Program-made: the position numbers and the translations under genes
Shown: in pieces, positions 13,824 to 27,900 of the stretch
Layout of the letters: every line of letters begins with the position of its first letter
Numbering within the stretch: the first letter of the stretch is position 1
Origin: Laetmonice hystrix
Taxonomy: Eukaryota
Length of the DNA stretch: 64,000 nt
Assembly (NCBI GenBank): GCA_965235115.1
Contig: OZ249436.1
Location: forward strand, 13,146,001 to 13,210,000
Direction: 5' to 3'
Notes under the pieces: generated by a model
The model's input: the letters and a program-made list of their open reading frames with translations, nothing else
Databases searched by the model: none
Told to the model about the DNA's origin: nothing

Positions 13824-14416
13824 TCGGCGTCTGGGGTTGGGGTTTGGGGGTGGAGGTTTGGATTGAGGTTGGGACGCCAACGGGGGGTTGGGGGGTTATA
13901 TGGTTGCCTATTATCCTATATCCAATCTAAAGGCCTATAGATTATGTATTACCTGTATAGATCTACGTGCATTTATTATTTTTCCCCCTTTTTCCTGGTG
14001 CCATGACATTAGTCAGCGGCTGAAGGGGGGTTGCAACCCCAGTAACTCCCCCCCCCCCCCAGATCCGCCACTGCATGGCTATGCTTGATCCCTACCTTCA
14101 ACCCACCATTACACCCCCCCACCCCCACCCACACCGCACACACCCCCACACACACCAATTTATCATCTTTTTAAATAAACTAGGCGTACCATTGAATATT
14201 AGTTTTGTAACAGTTTAGGCCTATTTGAAATGGGTCATTTAGAACTCATGCATAGTTAACCTCAAAACACTGTCTTTCACTATATCCTAATATGTTTTGA
14301 ACCTTCGTGAAAACTAACCTACTTTGTTTCATATGTTTTGAGGAAAAAGTACTATATTTTATTTATTATGATTTGCCATGCTGCAAAACGTATTTTCTAT
14401 GGAATGCTGTTGGTAC

Positions 14417-14769
14417 TTTTATTCAGCATTTACAGATATCTTCAAATATTTGAAGGTCTCTTCAATTCAATTGAAGATATCTGAAATTCTTTTTAAGATA
14501 TCTTTAATAGAATTAAGGATAGGGGCGAACATCACTTTAAATGTATAGCTTCAATTGTTTTGCAGATATCTCTAAAAGAATTGAAGATATCTTCAAATCA
14601 TTTGAGGATATCTTCAAATCATTTGAGGATATCTTCAATTCATTTGAAGATATCTTTAAATATTTGCAGATATCTGTAAATATTTGCAGATATCTTTAAA
14701 TGAATTTAAGATACCTTCAATTGAATTGAAGATATCTTTAAATATTTGAAGATATCTGTAAATAAAAGT
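14417..14769. repeat. Foldback element built from ~20-bp GAAGATATCTTC palindromic units
   Basis: Repeated tttgaagatatcttcaaa units; the ends tttacagatatcttcaaatattt / aaatatttgaagatatctgtaaa are inverted. Confidence 0.8.
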
Positions 14770-17700
14770 CGATACCCCGGGTTGGGGTTATGCTTAGCGT
14801 GAAAAGACACAAACAGGGTGAAAAGACCCTTGAAAAGACACAAACAGCGTGGCTGGCCAGGCAACACCAGCTTTAAAATCACTTCGGTGTTAACGCCTAG
14901 ACGTTAGTGTTAGGGCTAATCGAAGAGCCATTACAAATTTCTTGGCCAGAACACCAGGTAGGAATTAACACCTAGGCTGAGTGTTCCAGGGAGTGTGGGT
15001 GCACCACTAACACCCAATAACACTACCTATAAACTCTGATCACACTAACACCTGTTGTTAACACCAGGGAGTTTATTTCTGGTGTCCCAGGGCTCCTTGG
15101 TGTTAGTGTAAACACCAGCTGTTAACACCAGGTTTCATATCATCCAGATTTTTCGTATATTCATGAAGTTGCTGCGACACTTACACCAGTGACATTAACA
15201 CCAGACACCAGTGTAAGTGTTACACTGCCACCAGTTGTTTAGAGTAGATATTAACACTGACGCTGACACTAACACTACACACTGGCAAATACACCAACTT
15301 TAAAATCACCCACTGTCCGAGCACCCTAAAATTGCCGGGGGAAAAAAAGAACTGTGACAACAATGTTTTCATATCTACTTTGATCTCAAATTCAACTTAT
15401 ATATGACATGCCAGCAGAGTTTCTAGTGTATTTGAACTTTATCTCAAACTATACAAGAGGATATTAGCAGGTCCGGGGTCAGAGGGTCGATAACTTCAGT
15501 TTATTTATACAAATATAAATTAAGAAAATGAAAATTGCTTTACACATGTATAGCCAGTGTAACCTGTTGCTTCATGAAAATAAATGAAAACTTGAGTGTC
15601 AGATGTACGAGTCGTCTTGTTGCCCCCCCCCCCCCACCCCCGCCCACCCATCCAACCCCCGCCCAACCGCCTTGACAGGTTCGAAACTCGCAGATCATGG
15701 CTCACTTCATTTTCAAAGCTTGTTTAAGCATTTAATTTACTGATATGATCAGTGCAAAGTCATACTTTTGAAAAAATGACAAAGACGTTGCTTTTTTGCT
15801 TGTCAACAATTTATTTATCAGATCTGCACAGATTGTATCGTGGACGGTCTGTTCGGTCACCTTGACTGGTCACAAGGATACGCCTATATACATAAGTATG
15901 AGGTAAGTATTAGCGAACCGAGCAGAATAACAAACACACTCAATGACACAGAGGAACAACTCGCCATTTATCACAGCTCTGTGTCAGCACTTATTTATTG
16001 ATGTGGTCCAGTGCAAAGTCGTTTAACAAAACATGAACGATCGGCCCGTGGGACAGCAAGTGTGAGAAAGGCGCATAGTCTGGAGTCATTGCGCCTCAAG
16101 TGCCCGACTTTGTGATAAAGGCATTGATAACCTTGACAAGTGACACCCTAACGATTCTGTAATCACTTTAATCGCTGCAACAACGACAATGAAAAATTCA
16201 AGTACACCCTCGCACGTGTGCCACATACAAAATTAGTCTAAATCATCTCAAGTTGAACTTGCACACACCGCTCCAGAACTGGTTCTTTCCAAAGCACGGA
16301 TGGTTGGGAGCCTATACTGTGGACATCGTATTGTGTAACGCGCGCCGAGTTCTACCGAACAGTAACAACTAAAAGATAACATACATCGATTTCACCCGTT
16401 TTTGTGGGGGTCATGGGGTCACGATAACCTGTCAAGCATCCCGATATATCTACGTTTATCATCTTTCCTAAGTACTCCAGGACGGACGGCCTATTTTGAT
16501 TGGGTCTAGTGGTCTTGTCAAAGCGACCATTCATACATGTCAGACTGAGAGTTCCTGGTTCAGACCCATTGCATGGTATACATCGAAATCAACCTTTCAG
16601 CTACTACATCATCCTATAATCATTGTATACATCGAAATCAACCTTTCAGCTACTACATCATCCTATAATCATTGTATTATATGTATTACATTGTATTGTG
16701 TGATGGGTAACCTAAAATACGAGCATTAGACGGTGTCAGCAAGTCACACTTACATACCGTTCGCCGCAAACACGTTTCATGTACAATCACATTTCAGAGT
16801 AGTGATAGACCAATATACACAGAATAATTTCTTTATGAAGAATTAAACGTTTCAAATAATAACATAACTGAGGTGAATAATTAATGATGAAATCACGACA
16901 CTACACACCAGCCCATGATCTCGTTAGTAACGTTCTGCCATGGTTATTGCTGTGATTTGTTCGCAGTACATTCGGTCACTGTGCCTTGTAAAACATAGAC
17001 TGCTCGAGTAGGCGGATTTAGTGCCCGCAATGATGCTGTCATGTACTAAGCACTCAAACACTTAGCACGAGAACTTGAATGCTGTTTCCATCGTTTATGG
17101 TATGTATAAAAAAAAAGAAGTGTGATAAGGTTCTTTAATGACTTTCGCCGTACTTCAAGAACTTTCACAAACAACTGAGATTTACTGCCATATTTTACAG
17201 ATAGGGAATCCCTCATATAAGATACTCCCAACGTGCAGTATGTTGTAACTGACTGAGGAAAACACGCGTGTATTCGGGAGAAAAAAATCTACACGTCTAT
17301 AAATACTTACACATCTTGCACAATAAGGAATCATTCATCACATAATATGTCAAGCTCTAAATTAAATACTTTATCCTGTACAAACTATGAAACATCCTCA
17401 TCAGTCATTTTCTCCCGTGTACACGTTGAGACCTGAGATTCTCAACAACAAAAACAAACATATGAAACACTCAAAAAAAAAACACGTTTATTCCGGGTAT
17501 TACGATGAATAAATCTACTAATATTTTAATGGAGAATACTGGTGTATCATATACGTGTAATATAACCAAATTCCCATTTTCCATTAAACCTGATGGCACA
17601 TAGTTTCCTCCTCAGTAAAGGCGGTGGAATGATAATAAGTAAGGAAGAAAATTCGCCAAATGCGACTTTACATGACTCACAGCCATTTATATTAGATACA

Positions 17701-17913
17701 TTACCAACCACATGTCAAAAAATAACCGCTCATTGTTCCCAATGCAATCCCACCTCCCTCGGGGACTGCTGCCACCTGGCGGTACTTGAAGACACTAAGT
17801 TCACTGTGTGTCTTGCCGGGATGATCTCCACAAACTCAAACTGTGTCAGCTTTAGTCATGAAATCCGCGAGAATTCCGTGTGATCCATGTCTTGGCTGAG
17901 GTGTTCCTTGCTA

Positions 17914-18804
17914 TCAGCACACCGAATCATCCCGATAATCATCTACAACATCTTCCTCCACCTCTTCCCCGTCCTCCTCCTCGCCTGAAGCCATCTGTAC
18001 TCCATTCACCGTGGTTCCCTTGGCCATCGGTACGTCCAGCGCGCGGTGGATCGATTCGATAGTTTTCATGTTGACGTAGTATGCTAGGTTCACTTTTGGA
18101 ATCCGAGCCCTCATTTCTTCCAGGCAGGCGTACGCCTGAATCAATTAACATCAATATGAATGACCATCCTACTAACACAATTCTAGGAGTTTCAGAAATG
18201 CCAATGACCTCTTGGAAATTAGTTACACCTTGTTTTTTGAGGAAAAAAGTCAGAGAAACAAAATATTCCGAATTTATGTTGCTGAGTAGTGGGAGGTACA
18301 CAAGTAGCATCCTATACTTACTGCCTTCCACTTTTCCCGCTTGGCAAAGTGCTCCACAATGAATCCATAAACATCTCCGATACGGACAGCATGGTCCAGG
18401 TTTGGCTCTTCGAGCAGGACCTGGCACTGCTTTATTGCCTCATCAGAATTTTCTTCATACGTTCTGTGAAAAATGATGCTTTGATTACTACTGGGGGTTA
18501 AGCATTTATCAAATTGAAAAACTGCTACTCAATGGGTATTCAGTGCAGACTGAGAAATGGAAGTAATAATTTAAGCATGTCGTCATTATCTACCTGCGTG
18601 CTGTAACAAATTTCTTGATGAGCGTCATTTTCTGCTTGAGTGCTCCCAGCTTTTCTTCTTGCAGTGACTGGTTCTTCATCTTGGCCTTGGCCATACATTT
18701 GTAAGCCTCGTTTAGAGCCCCAAGTGCCTTGTCATAGTTTTGGTATTCATCTATTTCCACCTGTTAAGTTTTCATCAAATTTCAGTCAGTGCTGATTTTT
18801 CTAT

Positions 18805-18874
<70 letters not shown>

Positions 18875-18904
18875 GTAATAGTAATAATAGTAATAATAGT
18901 AATA

Positions 18905-18958
<54 letters not shown>

Positions 18959-21900
18959 TGATTTATTGTAAAGTATCAGGACATACCTGAACGCTATTTC
19001 TAATGTGTTTTTATTTAATTAATAATAATCACAATAAAATCCCATACCTGACCACAAGCATCATAGAATCCTGCCAGAAGCTCAAGAGCTCGTCCCTTGG
19101 TATAGAAGCTGATAATATTCTTCATGATCTCGGGATCTTTACGCCAGTCTAATGACTGTAAGTAGTTCGCTGCCATCACATAGATCTCCTTCTGCCTTGA
19201 GACTCCAGCGAAGAACACGATCTTCTCTGTGTCTCCAGACTTCAACAGGGCCTTCATGGCCTGTAAATGTACATCAGTCACCAGCTTAAAACATTGCCAA
19301 CCACCTGCCCCTTGAGGCAGCTAACCCAGCCAAGCCTTTTTAACATGACCGATGCGAACACTTCTAGACTCACCTTGACTTTGTTCCCAGCCTGTGTGTA
19401 TTTCTTGGTGGCCAGATGGTACTGTCTCTGCTGCATACACACCTCAGCGATACCCTCAAGGATCTTGTTACGTTCTTCAGCTTCATTCTCATTCATTTCC
19501 TTTGGTGGTGTTAGCTTCTCAACTAACTCTTCGGTCATGGGCACGTGTTGCTCCATACACAACTTGAGAGCCTCCCAATACTGGTGGAGAGGAGCAGAGA
19601 GTTCACACAATCTATCCCTACAAATACCTACTAGTTTTTGCAATTTTCATGAAACTAATTATAATATTGGGTAAAACACGCATCATCTCCACAGGTGTAG
19701 TCCATGAGGAAGCAGATGATGCTTTATGTCCAAAAATTACACTGAACAAACCTTCTTGGCTGCAGCCAGGAGATCAACAGCCCTATCAAACTGACTGTTC
19801 TCAATGAAGAAGTCTGCACAGCGCTGCAGTAAATGAGGATCAGCTTTCTCATCAAGATCCTCTGAGATCATCTGGAGTGCCCCAAACTGTTTGGATCTGA
19901 AGGCCAAGTCCAGTGCCTTCGAGAAATTGCCTGCCTGTAGATTAAATATTACAATTACTAACACTAAACCACCTTAAATAAGGTAAGGAATTTCGACCAG
20001 TTGTTGTTCCAATTCACAACCATCATATCACACCAAGTTTTAAATTTAGAGCTGAGGTATTCCTAGGTCTGACCTTGTGGTAGAGCATGACAGCTTTGTC
20101 CTGAGAGCCAGGCCTGAACTCGTAGTACCGAGCTGCCTCCATCATACTTTCTGGACGAGCCAGTAGTGCCAGGTTCATCAGCTGGTCCTCGTTACCATGT
20201 TCCTACAACAATAGCCACAACAAATTCAAACAATAAAAATGTGTATCACTGCATGCCTCTGGCTAATCTGCCTGGGTCATCCAGTCCAATATTAGTGGCA
20301 ACTTGTAAAGGAGGAAAAAAGGCAATATCGATGATACTAGATAAAAAAAAGTCTCAGCATACAGTTTCATTTGTCACACTGTAATAGTATTCAGAAGGGA
20401 GGGGGATGACTTACCCTACAAAGTCTGATGGCATTGCCATAAGCCTGGGCTCGTGTAAAGAAATGGATTGCTTCCTTGATCATGTCACTGTTCTCATACT
20501 GTCGTGCCAAATGATAACATGCTGCCCGGTCTCCTGTCTCATTACAGATATCTGCTGCCTACATAACACACGAGACAATACAGCATTTTAAATACTCCAA
20601 TTCTAGCCACACTCCAGGGGGAATTTAATCTAATATGACTCCTACCAGAATGCTGCAGAAAAACATATATCAATGTTACTCCCCCTTGTAGATGCCATGT
20701 TAGTATACAAGAAGGATTTAAAAAAATACCTTTTCAAAGTTTCCACAGTAGCAGTATACCCTGACCAGTGACAGGTAGTCTTGTGAGAGCTCATAATTAA
20801 CCAGTGCCGTGTCCATCTCTCCTGTACTTTCCATGTATTGAGCCCACCACTTTAGTAAAGCCCTGAAACCAAAAATGAAACCCTTTGTAACATTTCACTA
20901 TCTGGAAAATAAAAATAAAGGAAAAGCAACTATACTGTGTTAACATGAAAAGAATATTTGGTTCTGAACACTTACATGTCCTTTTTCTTTGTTATGTAGC
21001 CCTCAAGTGCCTGAGGCTCATCAAACAACATTCTGGGAACCTCAAATCTGTACGTCTCTGATTTCTCATAGCTAGGGGAAAACAAAATAAACAATTTTTA
21101 GTAAACATTCATCGATGGCAGAGGGAATCAAAATTGAAAAAATTGGCACTTAAATACAGGTGCTTAACTAAGAGAGTTACGGTGTCACTTACTTGGGAAT
21201 AGCTCCATTGATATCTCCCTTGGCCTCAAGGTGCTTGCCATAATTATAATAAGTAGTACGTAGATGGACCCTATCAAACATCTCTGCAGTCTCCATTGCC
21301 TGGTAAATGACCATAGTGAACAACTGCATTAAGGTACACAATTATTATGTCTTTTATTCATCTGGTTTACCCCAACAAAAATAACATTCAATTGAATTTA
21401 TAAAGTAAAATTTGTTGCATACCTAGTTACCAACATGTCTTCAATTTAGGATTCCTTTAATGTAGACAAAAAACAATGGCCAATCGCTGGTGATTTGTTA
21501 GTGAAGGGAGGAGCAGGGTTAGAAACTGACCTTCCCCCATTGACCGCTCGTTTGATAATAGTCGTTTAGCAAGTCATAACGTTTGCAGTTCTTCAGCAAT
21601 CTTTCAGCATCATCCTGTAACATTAGCAGCAAGTGTCATACTTCTGTCATACTCTATCTGTACTGACTTATATCACTGCCCAGTTCTCATCCAATAGCAG
21701 ATACCATGTCATTATGCAGTTATGGTTTTTCTTTATGACTACATACCAGGTTTCTGGGTAAGTTGTGTTGTTGAAGCATCCACCCTACCTTAAGCCCAAG
21801 GTGAATGGCCAGCACAGCCACCCGAGCATCCAGTTCTGGTTCCTTCATGGCCTCACGTAAGGCCTTCGCTCCACGGGCATGCCCCATGTTACCCAGGCAT

Positions 21901-24900
21901 ACCATGGCGACATCAAGTCGGCGAGTCTTCACACACATCTTTGCCATGTTCTCCCATACTGTCTCACTAGAACAGATTTTAAAGGGATAACAGGAATTAT
22001 AACGAAAATCAAATAATTTAATTGTCTTGACTTTTTGCCCTGCTGAAGTGGGCAATAATTTCGGAAAAAATGCATGCCATACCTCATTCATTCTCTGACC
22101 AATATCATATGGTGCTGTAGCTCAACAATGACATTATATCTTTTACATTAAAAAATAAAATACATTGTACCTTTTGATTAGTTTAATAGCTTTGAAAGCT
22201 TCATCTAGGTTGCCAATAGTAAGGTAGTAGCTAAAGCTCATCATGGCATCCCGTGCATTCTTGTCAGCATTCTCCAGCCCAATGAAGTCTCGCATGGTGC
22301 GGCGGTTCACGAAGCCAGTCTCAACCGGAGTGTTCTGCCCTTTATTCTCTCCCTCCTGAGACTGCTGCGGAACCTCCTCCTTGGTCTCCTCGGACTGAGA
22401 CAAGACAGCACCTCATGTAGCAAACAGCCTAATATTTAATAACCTTAGATCATGGCCATTGATGCAAGTAAGTCTTTATAGATTTTTATGAAAACGAAGT
22501 TTGACTTTTATGAAGAACTTAGAAGCATAGAGCATGTGCCCGATCAAATTTATAATTATGGTTGCTTGATGTGATTAGCTCTGTCTGACCTTTCTCATGA
22601 AGTAGTAGTATGGCACTTGGAGTCCGATGAGACGGTTGTGGACCTGAGCCATGGGGAAGCTGTCCTGAATGAGGATACCATTTTCTGGGGTCACAAACAG
22701 GGACACGATCATCAGCTCCACCTGTAATGACATACACATGTTAAATACTGTCTGGCAGCACAAACTCTGCATGCATATCATCCCAGTTCCAGATTTTAAC
22801 ATTCCTACAGATTACTTACTGAGTTACTCTTTGTACAGACTGACTTTGAACAATGGGTACCCAGAAACCAATCCACTTGATTTAGACAGCTCATGTTACA
22901 GCATACCTGATCATCTATAGAGCCCTTTGTAGCATTTTTGTAGCTAAGTGTACTTGAAGACTTGGTTTGGTCCGTTGGCATGAGGCGGGCCTCACATATG
23001 AGGAGTTTACTCTCAGTCGTGTCCCACTGGTGTGAGATGGGGTGACGTCCGGCTATATCCTTGGCTGCCTGGTTCTTTCCTCTGAATAAAACAAACCATG
23101 TTTGCTGCAATAGCGGTTCTATCTCACATGGCCAGTTGGCTTCTTGGGGACTTGAGCCAGAAAGAGACAAGCCCTCTAGTTAATATCAAACGATTTTTTT
23201 CTGAATAATTGTAAAAAAGTATACTATCTTCAAAATATAAATTGTCTATGGGAGATCCTTAAAATGCAAAAGAAAAATATTGAATATTGGTTTATACTAA
23301 CTTATCTAGGTCAGATGCATCATTTTCTAGCTCGGTTCCTTGCACCATGTACTCATCCTGTTCACCTCGGCCAGTCTCAAAGTTGAAGAACTGCACTGTG
23401 TCCAGCTCCACATCCCATAGGTAGAGCTTGGGATCAGGGGCTCCACTTGGCTGACAGGGGTCGACAATTATCATGATGATTATCATTACGGATATAGCTC
23501 TCAATCATATACAACAATGTACAGTGCAAACAACCATCCTCAACAGTTACCACACACCTTAAAAGATGATCAGTACATGATCAACTTCAAAGTGCTTCTG
23601 AGACTATCATAACTGGAAAGACTAATTAAGTGCATGCATTAAACACCACAATAAATAACCCCAATATATTGTTTGGATTTTCTCACCTTGTTGACAATGA
23701 TACTGACTTTGCTACCACTGCAATTACAGCGAGCAGACACCAAAACTCCAAAATCTGGAAGCACATCTGCTATGTTCTTAGGTGAACTGTGCTGTTTGGC
23801 TTCTCTATAAATTATAAAAAGAGTTGAATAAATGAATGGATGATAAATCAGAATGTACCAACCCCAGGTGTACTGTTATGCAAATACAGTCGAACATGGA
23901 TATAACGATTTTCTTAGGATCCCGATTACAAACTAACCCTAAAAATTGCTGTATTTTCTTTTACTCTATACATGTATGCCAGAACATATCAATTAGCTTT
24001 TTCTAATTAATCATGTTGGGAATTCCACAAAAAATACAGTAATAAGACTTGTAAAATGGAAAGTGTAGACACTGAACACTTGATGTCGGGAGATATCATT
24101 ATATATTATTAACGAAAATGCATGGAAAATGTGACTTTGGGAATGTGAAATTTCTCATGATTTAAGTGGAATTTCGTTATAAGCATTTGGCTATAAGCAT
24201 GATTTATTAAAGGCAAATATAATGTCGCAGAAAAAGGGAATCAGACAAGCTTGCATTACAAGTGGGTTTTCATTATAAGCTGAACTGTTACAGCTGGGTT
24301 CAACTGTATACAATTTCCATTTTAGTACACTGAAATGCCTTGGTACAAATAGATGAAAAAATATTAAGACAGTTCAATGAAAGCACCTAAGAATTTTTAA
24401 TGAGTGAGACTATTTCAGTAATTCAGTATACATCGTCTTACCTCCTGGACAGATCATACATCTTGATAACACCTATGGAGGATCCAATCACCATCAAGTG
24501 GCCACATATCTCCATGAAAGAAGGATCTCCTTCATTCTCTGAGAAATTCAGCAGCTGCTTGACAGTTCCCTGGGCAATCAAACAAATCATACTTTGTCAT
24601 TATGATAAAAACGTCAGCCGTCTGGTCAACTGAAAGGTTAGACCTACCCTTCTGTACAGATCATTTTGTATGTCGTTCCCTAATTAATCAACAGCTTCTT
24701 TAAGTTGTCAGTCAAAGTAATTGGGGCATTGCTGCAAGCCATTTATCTGATATGCCTTTTCAGTTAAGTGAATGAAAATTATGGCTTGGTAATTTACCTG
24801 GAAGGTTCTGACCTGAACCTTGCCTGGTTCCAGAGTGTAGACGTTCTGCTCATAAATACAAATCTGACCAGATTCTGTACTAAATGAACCTGGAGAAGAA

Positions 24901-27900
24901 GTTTGACAAAACAAGGTTGTAGGCCACAGCTTAACTTCAAATGTAAAGCCATGTTAGTGTTAGTTGTTACATCATGTCAAATGGAGGTAACAGTTTTATA
25001 TGTAAAAATTGTTTAAACAGACTATTCAGGGCTCGAAAAAACCTATGTCTGATCGTCCTAGACGACTAGAAGTAAAATTTAAGGTTTGTGTAGTATGTCT
25101 TAGTTACTACTTGCCTGAAGGGCAAGTTCGGGCAAGTAAAACTGGTAGATCTTTTTCGAGCCCTGCTAGGACTCTTTATGATCTGCACTGTTCTTTTATA
25201 ACAACATCATCAACAAGTTTGGTAATACATGTTCATTCGCCTTGTAGCACCTTGTGGTAAACCACAGTAAAGGGTTCCTCACCTGCCACTCGGATAGATA
25301 TGCCATCCTGTACGATCTCATATACAATGGCTTTCTTCCCATCCATGACAGCTATTGCATCCTGCCAGAGTGCATATATCACAATATCACAATATCACAA
25401 TATCACAAAAAAAGTGGACCAATTCCAGAAACCTCCATCCATGCCAATAATATTTTCTAAACTATAATGCAAACAGCCTTTATCATACATTGATTTGACT
25501 AATAATATCTTATTATTTATTTTTTGAATGCATTTTGGTGTGGTAAAATGCAAATTCCATGAATAAATTTAAACTGCAAAAACAATGTGTTTTTCAGTTT
25601 CCTACTGAAGTTACCATTATTTCAGATAATACCTGGCGATGAATTACACAATTTCAAAATACAAATGTAGTTTAACTTACCTTTGTGTTATAGATGTTTT
25701 TAATTTGAATGTCTGTCTTGACATCATGATGTTTTGATGTCGCAAACAGATCAACAGACAACTGTGTGGGGCTGGTTTGCACAACTGCCACCTGGTGTCA
25801 AAAGGTGTAATTGTTACATTCCAAGATCCTCCAAAACAGAGAAACTATGCAAATTATCAAATATTCAAGCAAGGGAAAAATCACAACATTCTAAGTTGGA
25901 GTTTATTTTGGCCTGTCTCCTACTCATCTACTCTGGTTCAGGGACCACTCACCTGTTCTTTGTAACTGGCACTCATGACTTGTTCATCAAGTATGTACAC
26001 ATTGTCCACTGTATTTACTGCCAGTAAATTTTTTGTGGAACCCCACTGCAAGTGACAAAAAAAGTAACAAAAACATTTTATCTCAAACCATACCGAAATT
26101 TAATAAACCTTGCAGTAATAGTAACATATTTCAAAATTTCAGGGAGATTTCAATTTCAACGTGCAATCACTGATAGAGTGACCTGACTGTCATTGTAAAG
26201 CAGAACCCCTGCAGTAGGTTTTTAATCCTGCTGAGCATAGGAGACAAATAGTCACTCACGGTGAGGTCAGAGATAGGCCCTTCCACTGTGGATGGTGGCT
26301 GAAGTTTCCATCTGTCTTCTGGCTCCACTTTGTTAGATGGCGATGCTGATACCAATGGTGAGAACTGCCACATGGCCACATGACCCTGACCGGTACCCCC
26401 AGCAAGGACTCCTGCAATAAATTAGTCTTAATTAGAGACAAGCAACAAAATTCCAAGCCCCAGCATGTTGGCCTGGCCTGCTCTACACAGGCTATTTATA
26501 AAGCATGATCTACCACATATTCCCTCTCACACGTTGGCACCTATGTATACATTTTTAAATTAAACTTACCTTTGTTGGCACAATATGATATACAAGTGAT
26601 GAACTCGTTTACATCATATCCTGGCTGACCATCCAGATTCAACACATAGTTCTCTTCCTGCTCAAGATCCCACATTCTAAAGAGATATCAGGAACACTTA
26701 CTAGTATACAATCACATTCTAATTCAATCAATCAAAATAATCTTACTGTAAATCATTATGCTACAAACTATCGAAAACTGATAACAGATATCATGAACAC
26801 TTACTGGTATACAATCTCATTCTAATTCAATCAATCAAAATATCTTACTGTAAATCATTATGCTACAAACTATCGAAAACTGATAACAGATATCATAAAC
26901 ACTTACTGGTATACAATTACATTCTAATTCAATCAATCAAAATATCTTACTGTAAATCATTATGCTACAAACTATCAAAAATTGAGTAGATTTAGCTTTG
27001 TAACTACTATGAGAAGAAAATTCAAGATGATGTTATAAATAGCAAATGATGTCTTCTAATATTGTACATGTACTTGGCCTTACATCCTACAGTCTGAACT
27101 TGACATGAACAATATCGTTGAAACTGAATCTTCAGTTATAATAAATAACAACATGTGCTCATAATAATTCCTTTCAAAATAGAGCTCACGTAAACGTCAT
27201 AGTAAGAGAAATTATCCATAAATACATTACACTGTTATTTCCCTAGTTACATAGAATATACTTCCTTGAGAACATACCTTACAATACTTTCACCTGTTGC
27301 TGTTGCCAGAACACCTTTACTAGCCCAAACCATGCAAGGATTCTGAGATTTCCCGCTCAACTTGACCTGAGATATGAGGAAGTAGGCTATATGGTCTTAG
27401 GTTGGCACCACAGAGCAAAAGTAGTAAAAATGATAAACTTTGATGAGTTTCAGTTGCCATCAGTTACACTACAATCAACAATTCTTGTACCAAAATACAT
27501 AATGTTATAATGTTACCGTAAGTACTTTTAACAATCCTGCATGGTTATCTCATATGACAGGTAACTATCTTCACAGTTGTTCATTCAATCATTCTTACTA
27601 CTTACCTTCAGCATCTCCCTAGTGTCACCTTCTGGACCAACTATATGTTGACTTAGCATCATTGTGGTTGTTACCGTAACAAGAACATTGCGCTCATCAT
27701 AGTACAACAAGGTACGAACAGGGCCATCAGCAATGAACACCTGAACCAACTTCATGTTCTCATTCAGATAGTACACTCCACCTTCAAATAGAAAACATTT
27801 TTACATTTACAAGGATACGTTCAAACCCTTCAACAATATAATAACCGATTTACTGCTACCACCATAATCCAGCAGTCTAAATGACACAATTATCAAAAAT

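Larger units (their letters stand above)
12594..15315. mobile_element. ~2.7-kb non-autonomous hAT-like element with nested insertions
   Basis: 25-bp TIRs caatgggtgattttaaagttggtgt / acaccaactttaaaatcacccactg. 8-bp flanking duplication cccgagca (12586-12593) / tccgagca (15316-15323). Many subterminal aacac/gtgtt motifs; no transposase ORF. Confidence 0.75.

Noticed and set aside
14417..14769. Short palindromic repeats resembling a CRISPR array
   Set aside because: There are no unique spacers of constant length and no cas genes, and the context is eukaryotic; it is a foldback repeat.
18740..18961. Poly-Ile ORF
   Set aside because: (AAT)n microsatellite in an IFT140 intron.
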